A stretch of DNA of 64,000 bases from an uncultured Nitrososphaerales archaeon (lineage in GTDB: Archaea; Thermoproteota; Nitrososphaeria; Nitrososphaerales; JACAEJ01). Of the stretch, positions 39,358-49,833 are shown piece after piece (within the stretch, counting starts at the first letter, position 1; every line of letters starts with the position of its first letter). The stretch lies in the NCBI GenBank assembly GCA_938091495.1, contig CALLJF010000017.1, positions 778-64,777 of the forward strand, in the 5' to 3' direction. The notes under the pieces are model-generated. The model did no database searches. It was not told the DNA's origin and saw only the letters and a program-made list of their open reading frames with translations. The translations under genes were made by a program, and so were the position numbers.

Positions 39358-39594
39358 TTGGTTGATTTAAAAGAAAAGCAAAGGATAAGAATCAGAATAG
39401 TTGGCATGGACTGTTACTCTTGCTCTCTGCTTCTAGATAGAACGCTCAAACGTGTGAAGGGAGTAGAGAGAGTCTGGGTAAACTACGTTTTGGATACAGT
39501 TTTCGTTGAATTCGATCCTAGTATAATAAGTGAGAATGATATTCTGCAGATGATAAAAAAGAAGACGGGATACGATGCCTTCATACATCATTAA
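39358..39594 (+). CDS. HMA-domain copper chaperone (CopZ-like)
   Basis: 78 aa. The canonical GMDCYSC metal-binding loop. TTG start. Confidence 0.75.
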   Translation: MVDLKEKQRIRIRIVGMDCYSCSLLLDRTLKRVKGVERVWVNYVLDTVFVEFDPSIISENDILQMIKKKTGYDAFIHH

Positions 39595-40919
39595 GAAGGT
39601 TGAGTTGCCATTCTCTTTAATAACTGCCTCATCTCTCTGCCCTTCGATGCCTTCATGATGGCTTTGGACTGCCGATACTTTGCCAGCATTTCCTTGATTT
39701 CTTTTTCACTCACGCCAGAGCCCATGGCTATTCTCTTGATCCTTGAAGAATTAAGAATCTCAGGATTTTCTCTCTCAACCTTCGTCATGGATTGAATTAT
39801 GACTTTCCACTTCTTCATCTTAGCCTCTAATTCTTCTAAGCCCTCTTTTGGGATCAATGAAGATAGACCAGGGATCAGATCTAGAACCTTTCTTAATGAA
39901 CCCATCTTCTTCACTTGCTCAAGTTGATAGTAAAGATCATCTATTGTCATCTTGCCAGAAATTATCCTCTGAACTTTCTTTTCATCAGCCTCTATCTCTA
40001 GCTCTTTTGCTCTTTCTATAAGAGCTCTTATATCTCCTAACCCTAAAAGCCTACCGACAAACCTTGTAGGAGAAAAAGCCTCTAAATCATCAACTCTTTC
40101 TCCTGTTCCTATGAATAGTATCTTCGCTCCAGTGGCTGCAGCAGCTGCTAAAGCACCACCGCCCTTGGCTGCACCATCCAACTTCGTTACTATTATCCCT
40201 CCAACAGGAACTGCTTTATGAAAGGCTACAGACTGAGCGTAGCACTGCTGTCCTATGGTTCCATCAATTACAAGTAATGTCAAATCAGGGTTTATTTCAC
40301 TTGATATTTGCTTCATCTCCTCTAAAAGACCCCCCTCCTCTTTGTGCCTTCCAGCCGTATCTACGATTATGACATTCTTCTTATCTTCAAAATACTTCAA
40401 TCCTTCAATGGCAACTTTTATCGAGTCATCGAACTTTTCATCCCCAAAGACTTCTATTCCTATATCCTTTGCATAAGTTCTTAATTGGACAAGAGCGCCA
40501 GGTCGAAAAGTGTCTGCACATACTAAACCTACTTTGTATCCTTTCTTCTGAAGGTATCTTGCCAGCTTTGCTGAAACCAAAGTCTTACCAGAGCCTTGAA
40601 TACCCATGAGTAAGATTACATTAACCTTGTTGGTTGGAAGCTCTAACTTGCTCTCAGTTCCTAATATATTCGTTAGCTCATCATATAGGATTTTTATTAT
40701 GTAATCCTTTCTTGATAAGCCTGGAGGAGGATTCTCTTGAAGGGCTCTTTTTTCTATCTTAGATGATAGTTCAAGAACTAGTTTCACATTGACATCGGCT
40801 TGTAATAAAGCTCTTTGAGCATCTTTTACGAATTCTTTGATTAATTGCTCATCCACAGTGCTTGCTGATAAAATCCTCCTTATTGCTGCCTGCAATCCTT
40901 CCTTTAACCTATCTAGCAT
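39591..40919 (-). CDS. srp54: signal recognition particle protein SRP54
   Basis: N and G domains ([18 protein letters not shown]) plus a Met-rich M domain. Confidence 0.95.
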   Translation of the reverse strand: MLDRLKEGLQAAIRRILSASTVDEQLIKEFVKDAQRALLQADVNVKLVLELSSKIEKRALQENPPPGLSRKDYIIKILYDELTNILGTESKLELPTNKVNVILLMGIQGSGKTLVSAKLARYLQKKGYKVGLVCADTFRPGALVQLRTYAKDIGIEVFGDEKFDDSIKVAIEGLKYFEDKKNVIIVDTAGRHKEEGGLLEEMKQISSEINPDLTLLVIDGTIGQQCYAQSVAFHKAVPVGGIIVTKLDGAAKGGGALAAAAATGAKILFIGTGERVDDLEAFSPTRFVGRLLGLGDIRALIERAKELEIEADEKKVQRIISGKMTIDDLYYQLEQVKKMGSLRKVLDLIPGLSSLIPKEGLEELEAKMKKWKVIIQSMTKVERENPEILNSSRIKRIAMGSGVSEKEIKEMLAKYRQSKAIMKASKGREMRQLLKRMATQPS

Positions 40920-40923
40920 CTTA

Positions 40924-41610
40924 TCACCCTTTGTCCACCATCATCAATTCTCGAATTTCAATAGTACCAGAATCCTTCTCCCATCTTTTAATAACTTTTA
41001 AAGGTATCAGCCTTTTCTTATAAAGTGGTGCATCGAGTACAAATGAATCATAATCCCCTCCTTCGCCTGTAGGGTTAAAATGATACTTTTCCGACAATCT
41101 TAACAGTTCATCAACGCTCTGCTTAGTTAAATGCCTTCCTAGCCAACTTTCATCCAACCCGTAGGCTGCTACAGCAACTATCATAACATCCATCCCCATC
41201 GATATTATTTCTTCAAGAACATCGCTAGGTTTCATATTCCAAAGAGGTGCTAGATGCTTCATATTAACGGATTCAGCAATCTTATCGAATCTATCCTTCT
41301 GATAATTCGATGCTATGCCTCCACTGATGAGCAGATCAGCCCTTAATTTCTTAAGGGCTCTCTCTAGAGCGCCTTCTTCATCTTCTTTTTTCGCTTCAAA
41401 TCCATACCAATCTATACCAATGCTCTCAGCTATCCTTTTTACATGTTTAACGTTATGAGCATGATATAACATGCTGTAAGGGTCTTCTGGTAGCATCGTA
41501 ACAATTCCTACAATCCTTAATCCTAGAGCCCATGCTTTATGAAGAGCCAGAGTAGAATCCTTCCCACCAGAGGATATAACTAAAGCTCTATCGCCTTGAA
41601 TCGGAGCCAT
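40924..41610 (-). CDS. PP-loop ATPase of the MJ0570/Dph6 (diphthine-ammonia ligase) family
   Basis: PP-loop SSGGKDS near the N-terminus, then EGGDYDSFVLDAP. 228 aa. Confidence 0.75.
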   Translation of the reverse strand: MAPIQGDRALVISSGGKDSTLALHKAWALGLRIVGIVTMLPEDPYSMLYHAHNVKHVKRIAESIGIDWYGFEAKKEDEEGALERALKKLRADLLISGGIASNYQKDRFDKIAESVNMKHLAPLWNMKPSDVLEEIISMGMDVMIVAVAAYGLDESWLGRHLTKQSVDELLRLSEKYHFNPTGEGGDYDSFVLDAPLYKKRLIPLKVIKRWEKDSGTIEIRELMMVDKG

Positions 41611-41835
41611 TCAAGTTCATTTTATTTGAAGATGGAATTAAATATAACGGGTTAAAAGAAGATTTAAAAGTGCTTATTTCATCATAAGGTCTTCGATGAT
41701 TTAAACTTGCTTAACCTAGCTATCGTCAAACTCTAACTTTAGCATAAGTCGACATCAGCACTCATAATCCTCGTCACCATCCAGACGGCTCTTCCTTAAT
41801 ATCATCTAGGTCAGCGAGTATTACATCTTGAGAAG

Positions 41836-44523
41836 TTATGAAGATTTGGAATGTCCAGACTTTTTTCTAAAATGCTTTTCGACCTCGACCATGAGTATGG
41901 AGGATGCAACTAGTAAAACCCACATAAATGTTTCTAGAGGTATAGGCTCGGTTCGTAAGATAAATTGCAAAGCTGGGTGGTAGATAGCCAGAATTTGAGC
42001 TACGAAAGCCGCAGCTATGCTGATGAGGAGGAGCCTATTAGAGAAGGGATTGATAGAAAATACCGTCCGTCTTTCAGAACGGCTCATGAAGGCATAGAAA
42101 AATTGGAAGAAAATCATGGTCGTTAAAGCCGCTGTTCTCGCCTGCCCTAAGGTCGCTCCAGAATTTATTTGCCATGAGAAGATTAGCAAGGTTCCCAGCA
42201 TTAAGACTGTGCCGGTAATTACAAGTCTTGGAATGAGTCCAAAGAGAACACCTGCCTTAGGATCTCTTGGAGGAATCTTCTCCACTCCTTCTTCCTCACG
42301 CTCAAAAGCTAAAGCTACATCTTGCAAGCCGTTAGTAACCAAATTCAGCCATAGTAGTTGTGTAGGAAGGAAAGGAAGAGGCATCCCAAGAAGCAGGGTC
42401 GCTGGAATTGTCATGGCCAGTCCTATGCCAGTTGCCACTAGGAAGAGTGTTACTTTTCTGATGTTTTCAAAGACTATTCGACCCTCTTTTACTGCTGAAT
42501 ATATGCTGGCAAAATTATCATCAGTCAAAACCATATCACTGGCATCTTTAGCAACATCAGTACCTGATATTCCCATGGCTACGCCGATTTGAGCAGCTTT
42601 CAAAGCTGGAGCATCGTTTACTCCATCCCCTGTCACCGCAACGATTTCGCCATGCTTCTGAAACGCCTTCACTATTCTGAACTTATGGTGAGGAGATACC
42701 CTTGAAAAGATCGAAACATCCTTAACCTTTCGATACAACTCTTCGTCGCTCATTTCCTCAATCTCTCTTCCTGTTATGACTTCAGCCTCCTTCCCGACTA
42801 TACCAATCTGCTCAGCTATTGATCTTGCAGTTAAAGGATGGTCACCAGTCACCATAACTGCCCTTATCCCAGCCTTTTTAGCTAATGCAACGGCCTCTAC
42901 AGCCTCAGGCCTAGGCGGATCGATCATGGCCTGATATCCAGCAAAGATCAAACCCCCTTTCTCGATTTCTTTATGCGTAATCTCTTGAGTGTCAGGCGGC
43001 ATCTCCTTATATGCCATAGCTAAAACCCTTAACCCTTCAGAGGCTAGGGAATGGGCGACATCCAATAGTTGTTCATGGGAGCAAGCTTCAACTCTCCCAT
43101 CGATGTGACATGCCGACTTGAACATCACAGAGATCTTTTCAGGTGCTCCTTTTACAAATACGATCTTTTTACCATCGTGTTCATGGAGGGTAGCCATATA
43201 GCCTCTCTCAGATTCGAATGGAACAATATCTATAGTTGGATATTCTTGACTTAACGTTTCAGGGTCGAAGCCCCTCTTCATCGCAGATATTATAAGCGCG
43301 CCCTCTGTCGGGTCACCATCAACCTTCCAGACGTCATCTTTCGAGTAGACCTTAGATTCGTTGCATAGCATGCCTATTATCAGCGTCAGGTCTAGGGATA
43401 AATCTGCACCACTCAAGACAGAGCCATTTATGAGAAAACTGCCTTTAGGGTCGTATCCTGTTCCCGTAACTTCGTATAACCGCCCGGGAGTGTATACCTT
43501 CTTTACCGTCATTTCATTCTTTGTGAGTGTGCCAGTTTTATCAGAGCATATTACAGTAGTGCTTCCCAGAGTCTCTACTGCAGGCAACTTTCTGATTATT
43601 GTGTTACGCTTGGACATCCTATTCACACCGATGGAGAGAGTTATCGTAATTACTGCAGGAAGTCCTTCAGGTATGACGCCTACAGCCAAAGCAACAGCGG
43701 TAAAGAACATGTCCACAATGCTCTCACCCAAAGCTACTCCATACACTACTACTATGGCGCCTAGAAGAATTATTGCAGTTCCTATTCTCTTGCTAAAATG
43801 GTCCATCCTAACCAGCAGTGGAGTCTTGGTAACTTCTGTCTTCTTTACCTCCTCGGATATCTTACCCAATTCAGTCCTTGTACCAGTTTCAACGACGACC
43901 CCTCTTCCCCGACCTGTTGACACGACCGTGCCCATGAAAGCCATATTCACCTGGTCGCCAGGGACGAGGTTCTCATCGGCTATTCTTTCTATTTGCTTTT
44001 CAACAGGGACAGACTCGCCAGTTAATGCAGACTCATCTATCTTGAGCTCTTTAACCATGAAAAGCCGCATGTCTGCTGGAACTCTTACACCTGAAGTTAA
44101 TACCACTATATCTCCGGGCACAACATCACCAGCATCGACCTCAACCTCCAAGCCGTCACGAAGGACTCTTGCTTTGGGTGCTACCATCTGGGCAAGTCTT
44201 TTCATCGCCTCCTCTGCCCTGTACTCTTGAACAAAGCCTATAGTGGCGTTCAATGTTACGACCGACATGATGACTATTGTATCGATATAATGGGCAAGAG
44301 CAAGAGTTATTATCCCGGCGACGAAGAGAATGTATATTAAAGGATTTCTAAACTGGTTTAGAAATATAAATATCGGAGATGGACCTTTATCTTCTTCCAA
44401 TCGGTTATGGCCGTATTTTTCCAAACGCGCTCTAGCCTCAGAGGTAGTGAGACCTTCTTCCTGAGTTGCTAAACGAATAAAGACATCTTTTACATCAAGT
44501 TGGTACCATTCTTCTTTTGACAA
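41836..44523 (-). CDS. P2-type cation-transporting ATPase (Ca2+/Na+-ATPase-like)
   Basis: 895 aa. Cation_ATPase_N-like start, TGES, IPEGLP in TM4, CSDKTGTLT, TGDHPLTA and GDGVNDAPAL. Confidence 0.9.
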   Translation of the reverse strand: MSKEEWYQLDVKDVFIRLATQEEGLTTSEARARLEKYGHNRLEEDKGPSPIFIFLNQFRNPLIYILFVAGIITLALAHYIDTIVIMSVVTLNATIGFVQEYRAEEAMKRLAQMVAPKARVLRDGLEVEVDAGDVVPGDIVVLTSGVRVPADMRLFMVKELKIDESALTGESVPVEKQIERIADENLVPGDQVNMAFMGTVVSTGRGRGVVVETGTRTELGKISEEVKKTEVTKTPLLVRMDHFSKRIGTAIILLGAIVVVYGVALGESIVDMFFTAVALAVGVIPEGLPAVITITLSIGVNRMSKRNTIIRKLPAVETLGSTTVICSDKTGTLTKNEMTVKKVYTPGRLYEVTGTGYDPKGSFLINGSVLSGADLSLDLTLIIGMLCNESKVYSKDDVWKVDGDPTEGALIISAMKRGFDPETLSQEYPTIDIVPFESERGYMATLHEHDGKKIVFVKGAPEKISVMFKSACHIDGRVEACSHEQLLDVAHSLASEGLRVLAMAYKEMPPDTQEITHKEIEKGGLIFAGYQAMIDPPRPEAVEAVALAKKAGIRAVMVTGDHPLTARSIAEQIGIVGKEAEVITGREIEEMSDEELYRKVKDVSIFSRVSPHHKFRIVKAFQKHGEIVAVTGDGVNDAPALKAAQIGVAMGISGTDVAKDASDMVLTDDNFASIYSAVKEGRIVFENIRKVTLFLVATGIGLAMTIPATLLLGMPLPFLPTQLLWLNLVTNGLQDVALAFEREEEGVEKIPPRDPKAGVLFGLIPRLVITGTVLMLGTLLIFSWQINSGATLGQARTAALTTMIFFQFFYAFMSRSERRTVFSINPFSNRLLLISIAAAFVAQILAIYHPALQFILRTEPIPLETFMWVLLVASSILMVEVEKHFRKKSGHSKSS

Positions 44524-44759
44524 ACTTCAAATTATACCGATCTATCAAGTAAAAAAGCTATCGATCATCAAATCTTTCCAAGGTTAATTATCTAGTTAAT
44601 CTGTCAAAAACAAATTTATTGCTACATTTCAAAAAGATACTGTCGAATAAGTTCACTTCCGTTAGATCTCTTCCTACACAAAAAGTAAATCCTATTATTA
44701 GAGGCACTATTAAAGAACAAAATGCTAATATATTAAAAAGCTCTTATAATTTAGAGGCA

Positions 44760-44960
44760 ATGTTATTATTAAGTATCAGATACGCTCGTCTAACCGAGTC
44801 TCAATTGAAGAAGATTCAGGCTCTTGAGAAGGAATTAGGAAATGTGTATCTTTTAGCTGTTGAGAAGGGTCCAACTATTGCAAGCCTTTCCAAAGAAGAT
44901 TTAGCAAAAATACAGAAGTTAGAGAAAGAGCTTAACGTGATTTTAGTAGCCTATAAGTGA
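44760..44960 (+). CDS. 66-aa protein built from two copies of an L-x4-L-x-KIQ-x-LEKEL motif, hypothetical
   Basis: The internal Met at 44760 is preferred over the 113-aa track ORF because atatattaaaaag lies about 20-30 nt upstream. The repeat units are LTESQLKKIQALEKELGNVYLLAV and LSKEDLAKIQKLEKELNVILVAY. Confidence 0.4.
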   Translation: MLLLSIRYARLTESQLKKIQALEKELGNVYLLAVEKGPTIASLSKEDLAKIQKLEKELNVILVAYK

Positions 44961-45022
44961 GGATCATGAATTAAATTTACCTTATATACCACTTAGATGG
45001 ACAAAATCATGAGGAGTTAGGG

Positions 45023-45418
45023 TTGAGCAAGCCTGTCGATCTCGGTAGCCTGAAAGAAGGATCTTATATAATAATCGATAATGAAGCTTGTAGGATAATA
45101 TCTTATGATAAATCCAAACCAGGAAAGCATGGTTCTGCAAAGGCAAGAGTTGTAGCCATAGGATTGTTTGACAATGTAAAAAGAAGTATGGTATCTCCTG
45201 TCGACAGCATAGTTCAAGTTCCTATAGTAGAGAAAAGAGGAGGGCAAATAATATCGGTAATGCCAGACAAGGTTCAAATCATGGACCTTGAAACTTTTGA
45301 GGTTTTTGAAGCTCCAAAGCCTGAAGAGCCTGAAATTAGGGAAAAATTATCCCCCGGGAATGAAGTAGAGTATTGGAAAGTTTTAGGGAAGAGCAAGATA
45401 ATGAGAGTAAAGGGTTAG
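45023..45418 (+). CDS. eif5a: translation initiation factor 5A
   Basis: Hypusination loop SKPGKHGSAKARV. 131 aa. TTG start. Confidence 0.95.
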   Translation: MSKPVDLGSLKEGSYIIIDNEACRIISYDKSKPGKHGSAKARVVAIGLFDNVKRSMVSPVDSIVQVPIVEKRGGQIISVMPDKVQIMDLETFEVFEAPKPEEPEIREKLSPGNEVEYWKVLGKSKIMRVKG

Positions 45419-45479
45419 TAATAATTAAAAAAGAAAATCTTAAAAGCATAGTAAAACGCAAATTCAAAGGTAAGGATAG

Positions 45480-46841
45480 ATGGTTCATCCCAAAGACTAT
45501 GACGTAATCATCTTTGGTGCAGGTCCAGCAGGCATCTTCACTGCCCTTGAACTTTGTGAAAGATCAGATCTAAGAGTATTAGTTTTGGATAGAGGAAAGG
45601 ACATATCCGAGCGCACTCGCTCTAAGTCCATTCTTTTTGGCTGGGGAGGAGCAGGAGCCTTCAGCGATGGTAAGTTGACATTTTCCACAGAAACTGGAGG
45701 ATGGTTAAAAGATTATGTGAGTGAAAAGAGGCTCATGGGGCTTATGCAAGAAGTTGAGAATATTTACATAAAGTATGGCGCTCCTGCTAAAGTTTATGGA
45801 GACGACGAAGACGCCATCTCTAATATATCAAGGAAGGCTGCCATGGCTGAGTTAAGGCTGATTCCAAGCAAGGTAAGGCATCTAGGGACTGACCAATGCC
45901 CTGAATTGCTGAAGAAGATGAGAAGAAAGATAGACGGCAAGGTGGAGATAATGATGGAGAAAACTGTGAGTAATCTTTTGGTTCAAGGAGAAGAAGTGAA
46001 AGGTGTAAGAATGGTTGATGGAGAAGAGATTCTTGCAAAGTATGTGGTAGTAGCCCCTGGGAGAAGTGGAGCAGAGTGGCTTAGGCAAGAGGTAAATAGG
46101 CTTGGCTTGAAAACCATCAACAACCCTGTTGACATAGGAGTAAGAGTTGAAGTCCCAGCAGTTGTAATGAACCACTTGACAGATGTTCTATATGAACCTA
46201 AGTTTGTCTATTATTCTAAATCCTTCGACGATAAGGTTAGAACTTTTTGTGTATGTCCTAGAGGATACGTGGTAACCGAGCATTTAGATGATGTTATAAC
46301 TGTAAACGGTCATAGCTATGAGGAGAGAACTTCTGAAAACACGAATTTTGCCGTTCTTGTAAGCACATCTTTTACAGAGCCCTTTAAGGAGCCTGTTGCC
46401 TATGGGAAATACATAGCAAAACTTGCCAACTTGCTAGTTGGTGGTGTAATAGTACAGAGGCTTGGAGACCTTGAAGTAGGTAGAAGGTCTACACAAGAGA
46501 GAATGGAAAGAAGTGTAGTAAAGCCTACTCTGGGAGATGCTAAGCCAGGAGACCTGAGCTTTGCCTTGCCAGGGCGATATTTGATGGACGTTAAAGAAAT
46601 GTTAAATGCTCTTGATAAGATTGCCCCTGGCGTGTATTCAAGGCATACTCTTCTTTACGGTGTTGAGGTGAAGTTCTATTCATCAAGGCTAGAGCTGAAT
46701 AATGTTCTTGAAACTAAGATAAGAAACCTATTCACTGTTGGGGATGGTGCAGGCATAACTAGAGGTTTAGTTCAATCATCAACCTCTGGGCTTATAGTTG
46801 CTAGAGAGATACTCAGAAGAACAGGTTATCTTGCCTCATAA
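45480..46841 (+). CDS. FAD-dependent oxidoreductase (COG2509-like)
   Basis: N-terminal YDVIIFGAGPAGIF and C-terminal TVGDGAGITRG. Confidence 0.7.
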   Translation: MVHPKDYDVIIFGAGPAGIFTALELCERSDLRVLVLDRGKDISERTRSKSILFGWGGAGAFSDGKLTFSTETGGWLKDYVSEKRLMGLMQEVENIYIKYGAPAKVYGDDEDAISNISRKAAMAELRLIPSKVRHLGTDQCPELLKKMRRKIDGKVEIMMEKTVSNLLVQGEEVKGVRMVDGEEILAKYVVVAPGRSGAEWLRQEVNRLGLKTINNPVDIGVRVEVPAVVMNHLTDVLYEPKFVYYSKSFDDKVRTFCVCPRGYVVTEHLDDVITVNGHSYEERTSENTNFAVLVSTSFTEPFKEPVAYGKYIAKLANLLVGGVIVQRLGDLEVGRRSTQERMERSVVKPTLGDAKPGDLSFALPGRYLMDVKEMLNALDKIAPGVYSRHTLLYGVEVKFYSSRLELNNVLETKIRNLFTVGDGAGITRGLVQSSTSGLIVAREILRRTGYLAS

Positions 46842-46876
46842 TCTTGAATTGACTCGAAGCAAGATCAGGGCATCAA

Positions 46877-46906
46877 TTTTTCATGGGTTAAAAATCCCAT
46901 GAAAAA
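46877..46906. promoter_or_regulatory. perfect 11-bp inverted repeat TTTTTCATGGG-n8-CCCATGAAAAA
   Basis: Read directly from the sequence. It lies 36 nt after the stop of 45480-46841 and about 120 nt upstream of the wHTH gene at 47024. Confidence 0.4.
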
Positions 46907-47023
46907 ATTAATGGCGGATCGTTAAGTATCTCTATATTTTGATAAGGAATAATGTTGTCTAAAGATGTAAATTAATAAAACATTAATATAAGGAAGTAAT
47001 TTCAAATCGTAGAAAGCAATAAA

Positions 47024-47656
47024 ATGAAAACTTTGGAAATAATAGACAAAGTTACGAAGAAGATAGAGCCAGCGCCCTTTCCCTCTTTTACACCTGCTCA
47101 TGTTTTTATGATTATAGAGGCTGTAGGCTCTAGCGCGCCTATAGGAAGGATGAGATTATCAAGTATATTAGAACTCGGAGAAGGCGCAACTCGAACTTTG
47201 ATAAAGCGTTTGCAAAAAGAAGGAATAATAAAATCTACAAAGTCTGGCTGTGTACTGACCAATTTTGGCAAAAAAATATTCTCAGACTTAAGTTCAAGAG
47301 TATCGGAAGGATTGGAGATTCCGCCATCTCCATATACGCTGGGCAAATTTAACATAGCAATATTAGTCAAGAATTCTGCCAAAATGGTAGGATATGGAAT
47401 AGAGCAAAGAGACGCAGCCATAAAGGCAGGGGCTTTGGGAGCTACAACAATGATTTACACCAAAGGAAAGTTTGTCATACCAGGATCTCCGGAAGATGCC
47501 TTTGAAGATTCACCTGAAATTCGTAAAATGCTGATAAAAAAGCTAAAACCGAAAGAGGGAGATTCCATCATAGTAGGAAGTGCAGACGATGAGAAATCTG
47601 CAAAACTTGGTGCAAAGGCAGCAGCCTTAGAAACTTTAAGAAAGATTCGATTATAA
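47024..47656 (+). CDS. winged-helix protein with C-terminal uncharacterised domain (DUF4443-like)
   Basis: The N-terminal IGRMRLSSILELGEGATRTLIKRLQKEGIIK resembles a wHTH. The family name is from memory and uncertain. Confidence 0.4.
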   Translation: MKTLEIIDKVTKKIEPAPFPSFTPAHVFMIIEAVGSSAPIGRMRLSSILELGEGATRTLIKRLQKEGIIKSTKSGCVLTNFGKKIFSDLSSRVSEGLEIPPSPYTLGKFNIAILVKNSAKMVGYGIEQRDAAIKAGALGATTMIYTKGKFVIPGSPEDAFEDSPEIRKMLIKKLKPKEGDSIIVGSADDEKSAKLGAKAAALETLRKIRL

Positions 47657-47694
47657 AGTCAATCACATATAATCGATATATTGAGGCTCGAAAG

Positions 47695-49077
47695 ATGAAT
47701 CTTCCTAGGATAACAATAGCAGGTCCCTACAGTGGAGTTGGAAAGACCAGCATCTCAGTCGGTCTAATGGGAGCTCTTAAAAAGAGAGGTTTAAAGGTTC
47801 AAGCCTTTAAGATAGGTCCTGATTATATAGACCCAAGCCACCATTCAATAATGCTAAATAGGCCGTCTCGAAACCTTGATGCATGGATGGTACACCCGGA
47901 TGGTATTTTAGAGATATTTCAAAGAGCAACTCAAGATGTTGATATAGCTGTTATAGAAGGAGTGATGGGTCTATTCGATGGCTTCGATGAGAGCAATGAG
48001 AATGGCAGCACAGCCCACATAGCAAAGCTTCTGAAAAGCCCAGTCATACTTGTGATAAATGTTCATGGGATGGCAAAGTCTGTAGCTCCTATAGCTCTAG
48101 GATACGAGAAGTATGATCGAAATGTTAGGCTATCTGGCTTCATCTTGAATGAAGTTGGTAGTGAGAAGCATATAGATTGGTGTAAAAAAGCCATCAGTTC
48201 TGTGACGAAACTGCCTGTCCTTGGGGCTCTTCCCCGCAATAAAGATATAAAAATGCAAGAGAGGCACCTTGGCTTGATCCCCCAACGTGAGAAGGCTCAT
48301 CCAAAACCCTTTCTAGATGTGCTCACAAATTTTATAGAAGAGAATGTAGATGTATCTAAAATAATAGATATAGCAAGGTCTGCAGAGGGTCTTCCTAAAT
48401 CAGGTAACATAGTCTATCCTAAGCATTCATATAAGAAGAATTTGATTGTAGGTGTTGCCCTTGACGAATCCTTCAACTTCTACTATCAAGACAATCTTGA
48501 TATTTTAAGGTCTTATGGTGCTGATATAAGGTTTTTTAACACTATAAAGGATAAAGAAATACCATCAGATGTGAGCGGTCTTTACATAGGAGGAGGCTTT
48601 CCTGAGATGCTCCCAGAAAGGCTAGGATCAAATAAAAGCATGTTAAAGAGTGTGAAGAAGGTGGCCGAAGACGAAATGCCCATCTATGCTGAATGTGGAG
48701 GGTTAATGTATCTCACTGATTCTATAACAGATTTCGAAAATCGGTCTCATAGAATGGTTGGACTCTTAAATTCAAGGACTGTTATGACAAGGGGTCTAAC
48801 TCTGAACTATACTCTTGCTGAAGTTATTGCTGATAATCCTCTATCCAAGGTTAACGATTTGCTAAAGGGACATGAGTTTCATTACTCAAAGATTTTAGAT
48901 ATACCGAGAGATGTAAGGTTTGCTTATAGAATGAGAATAGGTACAGGGATAGACGGCAAGCACGATGCTTGGCTCGAGCATAAAGCGCTGGCATCTTACA
49001 TGCATATGCATTTTGCCTATCAACCAAAATTGGTAAAAAACTTTTTAAGCGCTTGTAAAGACTACTCCCATTCTTGA
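47695..49077 (+). CDS. cbiA: cobyrinate (or Ni-sirohydrochlorin) a,c-diamide synthase CbiA/CfbB family
   Basis: GVGKTS P-loop, GPDYIDPSHH, and the GATase motif ECGGLMYL. 460 aa. Confidence 0.8.
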   Translation: MNLPRITIAGPYSGVGKTSISVGLMGALKKRGLKVQAFKIGPDYIDPSHHSIMLNRPSRNLDAWMVHPDGILEIFQRATQDVDIAVIEGVMGLFDGFDESNENGSTAHIAKLLKSPVILVINVHGMAKSVAPIALGYEKYDRNVRLSGFILNEVGSEKHIDWCKKAISSVTKLPVLGALPRNKDIKMQERHLGLIPQREKAHPKPFLDVLTNFIEENVDVSKIIDIARSAEGLPKSGNIVYPKHSYKKNLIVGVALDESFNFYYQDNLDILRSYGADIRFFNTIKDKEIPSDVSGLYIGGGFPEMLPERLGSNKSMLKSVKKVAEDEMPIYAECGGLMYLTDSITDFENRSHRMVGLLNSRTVMTRGLTLNYTLAEVIADNPLSKVNDLLKGHEFHYSKILDIPRDVRFAYRMRIGTGIDGKHDAWLEHKALASYMHMHFAYQPKLVKNFLSACKDYSHS

Positions 49078-49118
49078 TCTTTTAGACTTCATTATGATAT
49101 TAAGGTGTAAGTTTAGAG

Positions 49119-49829
49119 ATGAAGATACAGTTTGAGAAGGCTAAAGAGCTGATAAAAAATGCTCTATCAACTGGAAGGTATTCGCTGCTTGAACCCGAGG
49201 CTATGGCTTTGATGGCTATGATAGGAATCCCAACACCGAGCTTTCATCTATCAAATTCCATAGAAGAGGCTCAAAGGATAGCTCAGGCTCTAGGCTATCC
49301 TGTAGTTCTAAAGGTTGTATCCGAAGACATAATTCACAAGAGTGATATAGGAGGAGTAAAGTTAAACATACTTAACCCAGATCAAGTTTCAGAGAAGTTT
49401 AAGGAAATTCAAAAAAGTATGCATGAAAAAGCTCCTAAAGCAAGGATTTCTGGGATAATGGTTCAGAAGATGGTTCCATCAGCAACAGAAGTTGTAATAG
49501 GAGCTTTAAGAGATAAACAATTCGGTCCAGCAGTAATGTTCGGTCTTGGCGGCATCTTCATAGAGATTCTTAAAGATGTATCCTTTAGAATAGCCCCTGT
49601 CGATAAGGATGATGCCAATGAGATGATCAAGGAGATAAAGGGCTATCCTCTATTGCTTGGATATAGAGGCTCTCCAAGATTGGACATAAATGCCATAGCT
49701 GATTCCATAGTGAAAGTATCTGAATTGATGATGGATATCGATGAGATAGATCAGCTCGACTTAAATCCAATTTTGGTCTATCCATCTGGGCTTGTAGCTG
49801 TAGATGTAAGGATCATTCTTAGTCATTAG
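49119..49829 (+). CDS. ADP-forming acetyl-CoA synthetase beta-subunit-like ATP-grasp protein
   Basis: YPVVLKVVSEDIIHKSDIGGVKLNI and LDLNPILV are typical of the AcdB/ATP-grasp_5 family. Confidence 0.75.
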   Translation: MKIQFEKAKELIKNALSTGRYSLLEPEAMALMAMIGIPTPSFHLSNSIEEAQRIAQALGYPVVLKVVSEDIIHKSDIGGVKLNILNPDQVSEKFKEIQKSMHEKAPKARISGIMVQKMVPSATEVVIGALRDKQFGPAVMFGLGGIFIEILKDVSFRIAPVDKDDANEMIKEIKGYPLLLGYRGSPRLDINAIADSIVKVSELMMDIDEIDQLDLNPILVYPSGLVAVDVRIILSH

Positions 49830-49833
49830 GTCG

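Noticed and set aside
43361-44230. 289-aa plus-strand ORF (also 42116-42592 and 43069-43254).
   Set aside because: These ORFs lie entirely antisense to the well-supported P2-type ATPase gene. The product is Ser/Thr/Pro/Val low-complexity, typical of shadow ORFs.
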